DNA of 64,000 bases from Callorhinchus milii (GCF_018977255.1 NW_024704742.1:103976001-104040000), one strand, 5' to 3'. Positions 25,301 to 38,184 are shown, counted from the stretch's first letter. The notes: generated by a model not told the origin, from the sequence alone. Numbers and translations: made by a program.

Positions 25301-28300
25301 GAGTATAATGATGTGGGGAGTCGAACACAAACCCACCACGTACACGGTTATCGTTACTCTGTGGTTTATCATGAAAATCCCCACGAGAACCTTTTGTGGG
25401 TTGCAGTTTGCTACACTTTTCCATATCTTTCTTCTTTTCTGAGTTGCTGCCTTCTGCAGAAAAACTACTTGGAAGATCAGACACACTTTGTTCCATTGAC
25501 CTGGTCTTATACTCACTGTTCTTGGGCATTGGTTTCACTGGAGAGGTCGGTTTCCTTTTCTCCGCCTCTTGCTGACTTGCATGATTGACAGGAGACGCTG
25601 ACGGCAGCTGCACCTGATTCATTATTTTCTTAACTCTGTAGGGTTTATGGCTCTTTCCTTTTGGCATAGCAGAGTTTATACATTCAGCTAGAATGTCACC
25701 TTCCTCAGTTTTATCATCATCTTGCCCTGACTGAGGACCAGCATATCCTTTTGCTGCCTCAGCATCGTCCATGCTCCTCCCCTCAGTTGGGATGGTATCT
25801 CTCTTTTCCATTATTGCAGAACGAGTTCCTTCTGAATTTGCCAATTCATTTGGGGGTGACTCGATCGTGAGATCACTTAGTGACGTAGCTGTCGAAAAGT
25901 TTATGGGAGTTCCTTCAACACAATACACTCGGGGCATATCTTCCCGAAATAGATCATGGTTGAAGCTGACGTGCTTTTGAGAATGGATTCTATTTTGATT
26001 GGAGAGAAGTTTGTACACAGGCAACTGACTCGGTTTCCTTGCCACAGGAGGGGGTAACCGTGGTGCATTGCCAGCAGATTTCTTTGCTTTACTTGAAGAT
26101 TTTGTTGGCATGGCTGAAATAATACACTGTTCCAAGATTTCAATATCATCATCGTCATCGTCATCTTCCAACATGTCCTTCTCAGGTTCACCAGCTTTTT
26201 CTACTTTGCATTTAATTTTCTCACTTGTATCTTCCTCCTTATCAGGTTCATCGTTTCTTTGTTCGTCTTCATATACAGGAGGCATAACTCGGAGTTCAAG
26301 ATCTTTCTGAATAAACGGCTCATCAAGACTAAGAGCACTCAAGCTGGATGCACAAGAAACACCATCTGGCGTGTTTTCTGTGGCAAAATGCATCAATATA
26401 TCACTGTCCTGAGGAAGCTGGACTCTTTGAACAGCTGCATTCACAGCCTCTTGCCTGTGACCCGTCTCTCTGCTTTTAACGTTACTCTGTTCCTTGCTTT
26501 TATGCACTTCTCTTTTTAGCTGAGTCGGTTGGGGTGGTGGGGTTTTACTTCTGCTCGGAGGCATCGTTGGCCTGGGCTGTCTGGAAGATCACTTGGACTT
26601 ATGACACCGCTAACCATTTCACTGCAGGGTTCACTCTGAATAGAACTGGCAATTGACTGGCTCTCAAAACTGCCCAGTGAACTGACTGAACTGCATCTAC
26701 TGAAGACCAGAGGAGTTTCTTGCACATAGTGATCTGGTGGGCTCTTCGGAGTCTGAGCTCCACTTTTAGATGGTGATTTGGCACCTGAAGAGAACTCGAC
26801 AGCTTTCTGCCTGGACATGTCAGGCTGAGACACATTGGTGGCATGCAGCCGATTTTGTTTCATTCGTTGGTGATGGGAGGCAGAGGATGTCTCACTTATA
26901 CCTGTTTCATTGGGTAATGCCGCACGATTTTCCTTAAGGTCAATGATCTGCAGAGTGGTTCCATCATCTGATACACGCTTAGCTTGACCACGACCTTCCA
27001 TTTCATCCTCTGAAGACAGTGAAGATAGTGAACTACATCTTGAAAAGCAAATAGGTGTGTCCTCTACACAATAGGTCTGCATAGTTTCTTGGTTAATTAA
27101 AGGAGTCTTACAAGCCGACGATTTCTGTCCCGCGGGGTTAGGGGCAGCTCTAGAATGTGCAGAACTGGGGTGCAGGCAGTTTTGCTGACTAGATTTGCTG
27201 ATTTTGGAGCTTGGTGTGCTGGCACAACTGGATCCTGTGTGATCCTTTGTTGTGCTTTGAGCTGAAGAGCCTTTCGAATACATGAAAGCCTGGTTCTGTG
27301 AAGAGGGAGGAATTTCTGAGGAGTACTTCAAACTGTAGTCGATGGGCTGTTCAACATGGTGCTCCTCTTCTGTAAACTTCATACTGTAGTTTGTGGGCCT
27401 GTCCTCATCAGCCTGCTCTTCTTCAGAGTAACGCTCGCTGTAATTGGTTGGCTTCTCATCTTCATAATCATCCACCTGGCAAATAGACTGGTTCATTCTG
27501 TGCTCAGAATCCACCCGGATCGGCTCGGAGTTGTTGTGCACCCTGGCGCTATAAGAGGAGCAGTCTGACTGGCTAAACCGAGGCTGGAATTTGATGCGAG
27601 ATTCCTCTGCACTGCAGCCACTTTCACAAAACATGGAATAGCCGGAGCTCGGTTTCCTCGACTGTTTGTGTTCATTCCTTTTCATCTCTTCCTCTACAAT
27701 ATGCTTTGGTCGTGCCCATTGTTCATTCTGTGATGGGCTCTGCCGGCCGGAATTTAGTTGTTCATCTGAGTATTTGAGACTGTAGTTAATTGGCGTGTCT
27801 AGCTCAGCATCGTTGTCATCCAGATGATTCGCATTGTGAATTTTGTGGGCGAGATCTGCTGGATATTTTCCATAATTGCAGAACTTACTTTCATCATCCT
27901 CTGAATAAGATTCAATCGATGGTTTCATCTGCCCCCTCTTACCATACCCATCACTGCTGCTAACGCTATTCAAACTATCATTTGATGACCGCTTGTACTC
28001 GTTTTTTCCATAAGGCATGGAGCAGGTTCTGTTGGGGTTTTCAGGTTTATTATAATTAAAAATATTAGAATGGGGGTGAGAGGACGACGCTCGCCTTAGA
28101 CCGGTCCTGTCCTCTGACACACAGTGCAGGTCGGAAGCAGATCCGGAGCTTCTATCCTCAGAGGATAAATGCATATTTGATACCTCTTCTATGACCTTGG
28201 CTATTTGAGCTACACTGGTAGTCATCTGTCTTCCAATTCTTTTAGAAGGATCGGACACAATATCAGATGAATGAAAGGTATCAGTTCCTCTTCGATCTCT

Positions 28301-28898
28301 TTCAGCACTTCGGTCTTTTTCTGCTCTGAAGCCTTCTACACTGCCCCTGCCATCTCTTGAGGACGAAGTCATATATGGCGACAACACAGTCACATTTCCA
28401 GTGTTGAAGCTCTCAGACCTGCATACCCCATCATCATTGTGCCTTCCAGAATCCAAAACATACTCACTGAACCGGCCTGGTTTGTGTCTTGGTTTACTGC
28501 GATGTGATGTTTTGGGGCTCAAATTATCAATATTATCAAAAGTCTCCGATAGCTGTTGAGCATCCAATTCTGCTTCCAGTGCTTTCTGTTTCCTAACATG
28601 TAGAGATGGTAGGCTCGATCCTGGAGACATGATGTTGGCATCTTTATACTTAGCAGGTCTGTTGGCCATTAGGTTTCTCAAAGCTGCAGCACTTCCCATT
28701 GCAATCATTTTATGTTTAGAATGAATTAGATTTTTGAGCATACTAACTGCTCCCATGTCCCACAAAGCCTCCTGGTCCTTGGCATTTCTAGCAGAGAGAT
28801 TCCAAAGGGTTCCACATGCATTACTGACAATAGTCAGGCTATGGGACTTTAAGTGCTGTAGCAATGTCTGTAAGCAGTTATTTTCACGCAAGATTTGC
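22323..28898 (-). CDS. APC: APC last giant exon (legacy exon 15), with an apparent 1-bp frameshift at about 26567
   Basis: ctcctgcag|G CAA ATC TTG. The two ORFs (26516-28891 and 22323-26564) together encode the final armadillo repeats, four 15-aa repeats, seven 20-aa repeats, three SAMP motifs, the basic region, the SQIP EB1 motif and the C-terminal VTSV PDZ ligand. Confidence 0.97.
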
Positions 28899-30144
28899 CT
28901 GCAGGAGAAAGGCAGCCATTTAGAAAAAAATTTTCAAATCAAATCGTTAAAAATACGGCAACTTTATATGGATTACGCTTGCATGCATACATGGATTACA
29001 TTTGCCAAATTCAGTTAACCAATATTTCGAAGTAATTTATTACTGTTCATATTCTCCCCAATTACACGAACATTATCATTGGTCACAATGAGGAAACCAC
29101 AATGTTTATTCATATATTTATATGCCATGGTTAGGTAATAGGTGTTTCAGTTTAAATACATGATCCAAGTTGTTTTTGGGGGGGACTTAAAGATATGAAA
29201 TGGTTTTTTTTAAACAAATCTTATTCATACAATTGTTAAAAAAGGGTTCACAAATAGATGATTAATAACATTTAATCTAAGTGCAATTCTTAATATATTA
29301 AGAACTGTCAATGAAAGAGAACAGCAGTAAAGTATACGACTAGTTCTGTCCGATTATCTGGGCTTGATCTTTGTGACTCCATGGAAAAAGGAACAAAGGC
29401 ATTTGGCTAGATGAAAATGTTTTGCTATAAATAACAATATTGGAAGCATTAGAGGGTAAATAGCAGTGTATTAAATAACCAAGGTGGAATCCTCAGTAGA
29501 GAACAGTCATCTCACTTAACCCATCAGTCCCAAAAGGCATTGGATTTTAAGATTTTTTTTAGCTCACTGTTCAGTATTAACAACAGCAAAGTAAGGACTC
29601 AAATTTAACACGTTGGCATTTGACCTTCAAGGTGCCACTTTGGGAAGAGTAGGGGTGGATGATAATTTACCAGTGTTAAAATTTTTGAGCTATTTTAAAT
29701 TAACAGACAATTTTCCCGACTAAAAATATGATCGTAGTACGGTCTTAATTCAAGAATGCAAGCATTTTACACAAAATACACAATCAATCCACTTTACAAT
29801 ATACTCTGTGAAGCGCTTTTGAGATGTCTCAATGACGTAATAAGGTGCTATATCAAATGCAAGGATTATTATTATTATCTCCATACCCTGATAGCATTGG
29901 AAGAAAGGTACATTCAAGAACAATTTGTTTCTAAGAATGAATGACTAGGGTATTGTAAGCAAGTCCATATGTTAAAATTGGTAGGTGCCATTGGTGTAGC
30001 AGAGGTAAACGACCTATTCCACTGCGGGATATATTTAAGATTTCAGAAAAGGCATTTCTTTCCAAAATTCAAAGGAATGCAACTTGAGCAGAACTATTTT
30101 CACAAAGTAATAGTATTTTTTTCAAATCAAACTATTGCACGTAC

Positions 30145-30359
30145 CTGTGATCTTCATTTGTAGCAATCAGACTGGAAACATTGCGTAGAATACCACCTCC
30201 ACTTTCAATGATGGCCAGTGTATTGGTTTGGCTTCTGTAAGTTAAAGTGCCTACTAAGAAGGCAAGGGCACCATCGACAGCACAAATGTCAGCCTTATTT
30301 TCAGTACAATGTGCAGATAAATTCCACAGAGCACTTAGAACACTCTTTAGAGTTGATTC
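30145..30359 (-). CDS. APC: APC legacy exon 14, 215 bp
   Basis: ttgaag|GAA TCA ACT...CAC AG|gtacgt; ESTLKSVLSALWNLSAH...NEDHR. Confidence 0.96.
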
Positions 30360-30900
30360 CTTCAATAGAATTGAGGGGGACAAAAATTAATGTTCTACAC
30401 TAGAAATTGTTACTATAAATTGTATTGGAAATATTTCAGAATAGCTTCCAAATTATGAACATTTGGTTAATATGAGATTTTTAAATTGAACTTTCCTTAT
30501 TTTCTCTCAAAGAATTTTTAAAATATATTTTAGAAATTTTATAAAATTTACATTTGATAAATACTGTATCTATACAGCTCAAAAGAAGTCTTAATTAAAA
30601 ACAGTGAATAAACATACAATTCTTTCTCATACGTGTTAATAATTTTGAGTGGCATGTCACATGGGTACAAAATGAGTAAAACAATTCTATTGACAGACAA
30701 TTATCCCTCTGAAACATTACAAACACGAGGAAATAATTATTCTTCAGATTTTTTTAATATCAAACCCAATTTAAACTTCAAGAGGATAAAATAGCATATG
30801 GCAGGAAAAAGTCAAAATGTTTCCAGAACACATTTTATAAATATGCTTGACTGAGTAGAGCTGTAATTTTCACTGTCAGTGAAGGGAGATTGTTCCCTAC

Positions 30901-31017
30901 CTTTTTCACATCGAGTGCACATTCCATTAAGGCGCTCACACTTCCAACTTCACGCAAGATCTTTTTACTGTTCACATCTGCTCGCCATGATAAGTTTCTC
31001 AATACACTGGCAATGAC
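30901..31017 (-). CDS. APC: APC legacy exon 13, 117 bp
   Basis: ttccag|GTC ATT GCC...AAA AAG|gtaggg; VIASVLRNLSWRADVNSKKILREVGSVSALMECALDVKK. Confidence 0.96.
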
Positions 31018-31909
31018 CTGGAACAGATCAATAATTCAGTAAATAGGCAGCACTCCAGTGCTTTCCCTGACAAGTTTAACTTATTTTCCATTTATCTTAT
31101 AAATTAGTCTTTATAGATTAACTCTTTCTCGCAGTTGTAGCATACAAGTGATTATGCAAACTCACTATTGTAAAGGTTCTGGTCTGGCACATGGATTGTA
31201 TAAGATGATGAGCTGAGGATTTTCTGATCAATCCAAAGGGATTTCAGCGCTACATAAGATGCTCTGAGACTCAAGGAAGGTGGTCAATAATAGCCAACAT
31301 TTGGACCCTAAAATGCACATTTGCTGGACCGCTGGAGGTCAACCAGTTAAAACTGCATAGTTTGCCACTATGAAGCCCTGGACACCAACGATGCATTATC
31401 ATTTCCTCCTCCGAAAGCAATAGTTCTCGGTCGCAGAAATTTGCGTTATTTACGCTAATTGTGCAATGAACTGGTTTGCAAGAAAATGGGCTTATGCCTA
31501 AACCTTGGTTCTTCACTGCATAATAATAACAATAACAATGAAATGAAGAATTTAAAGATGTTAATCATACCTAGGTTTTAGAAGGAGATGGATGTGATTT
31601 TGGAACAGATTTCTAGATGACAGGGGCATAATTGCTGAAGGCTTGGCTACTAATAGTGAAGCGAATTATCACCAGAGTCAGAAGGAAAAGCCTTGAACGG
31701 GCCAGGACTGGAAGGAATTGAGGGCCATTACATGGATTGGACAATAATCTTAAACCCAATGAGTTTCTGGTAGCGAATGGAGCTTGATGAGAGTGGGGAT
31801 AATGAGTGTGCAGGAGAGAACTCAGGCTCTCAAGCTCTTGATCAGTCGAAGCTCCTGGAGAGTTTAATAGGGAAGCCAGTGAGAAAAATATTCGAAAAAA
31901 AATTGATCC

Positions 31910-32238
31910 TTAATAATAATAATAATAATAATACTTGCATTTGATATAGCACTTTTCACGTCGGGAGGACGTCCCAAAGCGCTTCACAGAACACTGTAAA
32001 GTGAATTGACTGTATATTTGTGGGCGAACGCGGCAGCCAATTACGCACAGCAATGTCCCACAAACAGTCGTAGATTGAAAATGACCAATTTAATTATTGT
32101 TTTTGGTTTTTATTTGGAGGGATTATTATTAGGCGTGTGGAGTAAGGAAACTTGCCCAAGGTTTCGCCCTCTGCCTGGAATTGAACTCAGTTCTCTCGCT
32201 TGCAAAGCGAGTGCTCTAATCACTGAGCTACAGGACTT
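31910..32238 (-). mobile_element. Same tRNA SINE family, internally deleted, (TTA)n tail
   Basis: Head at about 32170-32238 and (AAT)n at 31911-31932. Confidence 0.85.
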
Positions 32239-32975
32239 CACAGGTATGAATTAAGGTATGAATGAAGGTGTGCATTGGAGTGGTGGGGTAGTAAGTGGGT
32301 AAGCAAACTACAAGTGTAGGTCTTGGCAAAGAACCAGATGTTTAAAACCCATCTCAGGGTTAAGCAGCACATCTGGTCCAGCTTGAGCGAGCAGAGAGGT
32401 TGAAGGAAATAGAATAGAAACAAGCAGATGACAAGGAGAAACCACCAGGTTCACCTCAGCGTTGTTAAAAGTTCAGCTACAATTCAGTTATGGCTCACCC
32501 AGGACTTGATGTCACACAGGCTGGTCAATCAAACAACAGTCCAAAATGCGAGAATAAACTTCAATAAATCTGCTTGTACCACTGTCTTCCCATGCTAAAA
32601 TAAATGTCTGTCTCCAATTCAATAGTTCATACTGAATCACATTAAATGGAAGTTCTATATCTTGTCTTATAAATAAGAGGCAGGTTATATTGCTAATGCT
32701 CTCAACCTTTATTTATGCCATTTAGTTTTTTTTAAAAAGCCTATTTTTCAGAAAGATATATTCATCAAATAATGTTTGGTTGCTTCATGTACTTAGAAAA
32801 GATAGACGACTTCAAATGCTTTTAAGTTTATCATGCTTATTTTCAGAGAAATTAATGGAACAGTTGATTTTCAGAATTGCACATGCCGAAGATAGGAACT
32901 GTACACAGTTTAGAGAAATAAAGTGACCTGCCAATGATTAAACTAAAATACTAAAGTGTTTATACATCTTTTTAC

Positions 32976-33053
32976 CTGTTGTAGATCTTCACTTTCCGAT
33001 TTAAGTTGAGCTACCATTGCTCTCATGCAGCCCTTCATAGAACAGAGTGTAGC
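32976..33053 (-). CDS. APC: APC legacy exon 12, 78 bp
   Basis: gacag|GCT ACA CTC...CAA CAG|gtaaaa; ATLCSMKGCMRAMVAQLKSESEDLQQ. Confidence 0.96.
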
Positions 33054-33337
33054 CTGTCAAGAAAAAAACATTACATAAGCAATTCTGGCACTTTGTTGAA
33101 CTTTACTTTGATTAATGTGAAATTGTCAAAACAAGATAACTAAATAATTTCCCTGCAATTGACCAATAATGGCCACAAATTCAACCCACCTTACATTACT
33201 ATACTAGCATGCCATTCCACATGAATGAGTTTGATTTAACTACAACTTCTGTGATAGTTTTTTTTAAAAAAACACGTTCTCAACCTGAGTGTATCAATCA
33301 TGATAATTTGAAATTACATTGTGATAAATTGACCCAC

Positions 33338-33477
33338 CTTATTTGCAACATCCCCAAAGGTTAAATTTGTAAGTGCCATTCCTGCATAGCGGCGCAATGT
33401 GACACTGTAGTGGTCACTGGTGAGTCCATACATTTCACAATCCACTTGCAACAATTCAGCTATAGCCTGTAAACCAC
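33338..33477 (-). CDS. APC: APC legacy exon 11, 140 bp
   Basis: cccag|GT GGT TTA...AAT AAG|gtgggt; GGLQAIAELLQVDCEMYGLTSDHYSVTLRRYAGMALTNLTFGDVANK. Confidence 0.96.
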
Positions 33478-34429
33478 CTGGGAATGAGAATGTCTATGGT
33501 TAAAACAGAGTTTTCATAAAGCTATTTCCAATTAGAAATATCAGAAATAACATGAAAGATATTTTAAAATTTAGCTTTGGTTTGAAACATTAATCCCCTA
33601 ATTTTGTATTTATTTAAGACCATTGCTGTATAATGTTCAAATCACAAACCTGATTAAACAATAGATTTACAACAAATCATTTTCAGTACATATGAGGACT
33701 GCAGTGCAGATATTGCAGTGACAAACAATATTTCGAAGGAAAGCTAAAGGATATGGGCATAGAGGGCCAGAGTGATTTGATATAATATACATCTATATAT
33801 CAATCATCCTGAGAGTCTGACCAAATAACTTTAATAACATATTGTGAAGGACAACAGATTCTATCTATACTTTACATTTCAAGTTTAAAACTATTTTCTC
33901 ATATTTTAGAAACAATTTATTTAATTGCATCTAAAAGCTTATTGATGTTTCCCCTTCTAACATGTTGGCAGTACCAAGGACAAAGGAGGTCAGAATTAGT
34001 AATTGCAGTAGATTTTCTGTGCTGGGCTCAGCTGGTGCAACCTGATCGGATAAAATGCTCTGCAAGACAAGATCATGGCCTTCCGTCTTAGAAACCACAA
34101 TAGATTTATATCAAATTTAGATAATAGGCATTACAAATTAAACTTTTTACTCTACTCTCTTTCCTGGAAGAAATATATAAGCAAACAGCAAGAGAACAAG
34201 GTGAGCTACAGCTTTATTATAATATACCAAACAACTGATGACTATAGATTTCCAAATCAGACAAATACTGCCCACTCCACTCTTATTGCTTACATTATTT
34301 TATTCCCCCATTCCCCAATTAATGGTTCAACCATTAATGTTCTCTACAGCTGCAACTTTGAGTCACAGTCGATCGAGGACACAGCTGCCTCTATCAGTCT
34401 TGTTTACACAACATAAAACAGCTAACATA

Positions 34430-35040
34430 AGGTGCATTCGGTTCGACCCACAGCTATCCTTCCTTCCCCACATCCAGTCCCTGTACCGCTCACCTGGGTT
34501 ACACAAAGCACACCTCGCAGGTCTCCCCAGTGCCACTATTCAAAAACTCCAGCTCATTCAGAACGCTACTGCCTGCATACTGACTGGGACCAAACTCCGT
34601 ACCCACATCTCACCAGTTCTGGCCAGGCTCCACTGGCTCCCCATCACCAAAGGGATCGACTTCAAGATCCCCACACTCGTGTTCAAATCCATTCACTCTC
34701 TGGCACCTCCCTACCTCTCCGACCTCCTCACTCCCCAATCCACCGCCTCCGCTGACTGGCACCGGCCTTCTGCTCGTCCCTCACACCCTCCGGCCTGCCA
34801 TCGGAGGACGCGCTTTCAGCCACTGTGCCCCGAAACTCTGGAACACTTTCCCTCAAACCCCCTGCCTTGCCCCCTCTCTCCCCCTTTTCAAGTCCTGCTG
34901 AAAACCTTCCTCTTCGACTGTGCTTAAGGTCACCTACCACCACCCCCCCATTCTGAGTCAGGCTCTGCCATTGTTAAGCACTCGGAGACGCTGCCCTATG
35001 TGGAGGGCGATATATAAGTGCAAGTTGTTGTTGTCGTTGA
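34430..35040 (+). mobile_element. L2 3' fragment in APC intron 10
   Basis: FDPQLSFLPHI and LHWLPITKGIDFKI peptides plus (GTT)n tail. Confidence 0.85.
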
Positions 35041-35109
35041 TGCATTCTGGTGGAGCAGGACTGATCATTTTTCACACTTTTCTCTTAAGTCACTGCAGCA
35101 GTCTGCCAC

Positions 35110-35776
35110 TGAATGATTGCCAGACTCTGCCACTGCCTCACCTCTCAGGCTGCCAAAACCCTCACCCACGCATTTGTCAGCTCAAGGCTCGATTACTGGA
35201 ACTCCCTCCTCATCGGCCTTCAAAACTCTTCCCTTCACAAGCTGCAGATCATCCAAAACTCTGCAGCTCATGTACTCTCACACACCAGGCTCCGCGACCC
35301 CATCACTCCCACCCTCGCCCGACTCAACCGGCTCCCCATTCCCCAGAGGATCGAGTTCAAGATCCTCGTCCTCACTTTCAAGGCCATCCATGACCTTGCC
35401 CCCTCCTACTTCTCTGACCTGCTGACTCCCTACCAACCTGCCTGCTCCCTCCATTCAGCCGACTCTGGTCTGCTCCATGTCTCCTACCCAACCCGCCCTA
35501 CCATCAGTGGTCGGGCTTTCAGCCTCTCTGCCCCCACCCTCTGGAACTCCATCCCACGGTCCCTTCTCCTCGCTTCCTCCCTTGCCTCCCTCAAGGTCGG
35601 TCTCAAGACCCTTCTTTTCAATCATGCCTTCGGTCGCCCTCCCACCTCTCTGCCTTCCCTCACCCCTACACCACCACTCCCCCATGCTCGGGTCCCGACA
35701 CCTGACTGTTCAGCGCTTTGGGACGTCCTCCCGACATGAAAGGTGCTCTATAAATGTAATTTTGTTGTTGTTGTCG
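35110..35776 (+). mobile_element. L2 3' fragment in APC intron 10 (second, tandem)
   Basis: ORF 35113-35739 SSRLDYWNSLL...APTLWNSIP and an L2 tail. Confidence 0.88.
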
Positions 35777-36001
35777 TCTCTATTGAACAACCTGGCAAAA
35801 TTCATTCAATAGGGCTGTATGCGATTTCAAAATCAATTAAGACAAGAAATTAAATTGATGTCCCTTAAATAGGAGTCCGACAGGAGGCTACAAATCTCTT
35901 TTCTCCCAAACTCTGAAACAAAACATCAGGAATTTTAATATTTGGTGCAGGTTGTTTTTGATTACATGAAACGAGGGAAACAAATGTTGACATTATCTTA
36001 C

Positions 36002-36097
36002 CTAGTTCATTCATTGCATGCCTGTGTTCTTCTTCGAAGGAAAGCTTCATAAGTACACACACTGCAGGACATATCTGGTGTTCTACTGGAGATGGCA
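36002..36097 (-). CDS. APC: APC legacy exon 10, 96 bp
   Basis: gatatag|TG CCA TCT...CTA G|gtaaga; PSPVEHQICPAVCVLMKLSFEEEHRHAMNEL. Confidence 0.95.
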
Positions 36098-36409
36098 CTA
36101 TATCAATATAATGCACATATAAATAAACAGGATTCAATTCAGATTGTGTACTTGTGCTACCATGGATTCTGTCAACTAAGGTCTAGGTTTATACAAATTT
36201 TTTTTTCAGTATTATATTCCCACCCCTAAACACACACATTTTACTGAACTCTAAAATAGATCAACTTCACTCTGGCTAATAAATATTAATCAAATGAATG
36301 CACTACTTGGCAATAATAAAAGTAACTTGTATCATTACTCTTACCAAACTTAACAAAAGCTTATTATATTATAGTCACATCTACGTTTTCTGCCTCATTG
36401 CTCGTCGCG

Positions 36410-36843
36410 ATCTGGTCAGACCACACCTAGAGAACTACATACAGTTCTCTTTACTACGACATAACAGGGCTGCGCAGGCTTTCGAGATAGTGCAGCGTAA
36501 CAAGGATGATCTCCAGTCAGAGGAATGAGCAAAGATTAGACAAGCTAAGGAGTTGACCCAGAACAGAATTTGAGGAAGCACCAAGACAGTACACCTAGGT
36601 TTAGAGTTTAGTTTAGAGTTGCAAAGGCCAATTTCAGGACAGATACCAGTAAGTTTTCTTTCCCTCACGGGTAATTACAACTGGAACAGGTTGACTGGAA
36701 GAGTAGTTGAGGCCAGGACACTGGATTAATTATGAAAGCAGTTTGGTGCTATGATGGGAGGACGATAGGGTGGCTATTCTGGATGGATGAGATCAGATGG
36801 CCAAAGGACCTTCTTCATCCAAGCAAACTGTGATCTTGTGAGA
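36410..36843 (+). mobile_element. CR1-like 3' fragment of a second tail type (related pieces at about 42995-43138 + and 5722-5865 -)
   Basis: LVRPHLENYIQF peptide and a shared tail gatgagatcagatgg...ccttcttca...atcttgtga. Confidence 0.65.
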
Positions 36844-37283
36844 TTTCACTAATCTGGTCTTTTCCCTATTTCCTCATCTCATGACAATGAAGAGGATGGA
36901 GCCTGCTGTAAAATTGCTTTGCAACGATTACCCTACCTACCTACATACAGACACACACATGAACACAGACTGACTTACAGAGAGGAAGAGAGAAAGACTC
37001 TCCAGCCAGGGTTGATGCATGATCATTGCAATCAGAAACCCTGGCTGATTTTGCCTTCACAAGCACAGGGCTTTCAAGCCAATTGAATCACCCATATCCA
37101 AACCAATCTGGTTTAAATCACCTCACAGCACTGACTGGAAATGAACTTGACCATTTTGGTCTGAAAGGCTCAACTGATCACTGAATTCAGCTCACCGAGC
37201 TGTTAGACAAGCCTATAGTTCATTCTTTTAAAATAGTTTATTTTAAATACAAAAATGCAATGATACCCCCAAAAAAGTCGTAC

Positions 37284-37662
37284 TTGGATTTTTGTCTTGG
37301 TCCACACCACGTTCGTGTGCCTCCTGCCATTCCCAACACGTCTCACAATAAGCACGGATTTGTTCTAATAGGTGAAGAACACGGGTCTCCCGTCTGCCGC
37401 GCTTGTCGTCTGGCTGCGAATGGATGATATTGTGTAGTGCAGCACTGGCCCTTGCACGGGCCTCCTTGCTACCACGTGAATTGCCCAGCAGCACAGAGTC
37501 TTTATCATTGCCGTGCAAAAGCTGTATGAGCAGCGGAAGACAACCAGACTGACGCATAGCTATACAGCTGTCCTGAGAACTAGACATTGCTAGCAAAGTT
37601 CGTGACATATCATCCTTGTCGTGTGTACCAAGCATCGATAGCAGCGAGTATACCATTTCCAC
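37284..37662 (-). CDS. APC: APC legacy exon 9, 379 bp
   Basis: ccatag|GTG GAA ATG...CCA A|gtacga; VEMVYSLLSMLGTHDKDDMSR...DQDKNP. Confidence 0.96.
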
Positions 37663-38184
37663 CTATGGCCCAAGTGAACCAAACAGGTTAAATTCTGTCT
37701 AAGAAACAAGGTTAACAATAGCACAGGCTGAAATTAAATCAAACTACTGAGCATTTCATGTAAAGAACATAACACAAGAGTTTTTGTTTCAAATCTTTTG
37801 AGCTGCATTGAATTTATGAACATTTTCTGGTAATAATTTGTGTTGGCAATGATACTTACCACCTGCACGCAGCAGGACATTGGATACAACAATTCCCACT
37901 AGTTCAACTGGCTTTGATCAATAGTATTACATTTATCCGTACACTCAATACTCCAATAGAAGGACGACAATGCAATTAGACACGATCAAAAGGTTCATAT
38001 CCACTCAAATGGGATCAATTCATTGATTTTTGTCAAGAGCTTTCTCTGCTTCATTAGGAAATACTATAAAGTACTGCACAACTATTTCTCTGGCTATGAT
38101 CACTTAGATTACACAATATGATGTATGAGCCAAATGACTCACAAATTTGAGATAATACAATTAATCCATTTTGTTATTAACAGA

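Noticed and set aside
22323..26564. 1413-aa ORF as an independent gene
   Set aside because: It is the continuation of APC after the 1-bp deletion; there is no promoter or splice signal at the break
34030..34100. Possible homologue of the mammalian alternative APC exon 10A
   Set aside because: Only short similarity from memory; the available AG gives an in-frame TGA and there is no convincing donor
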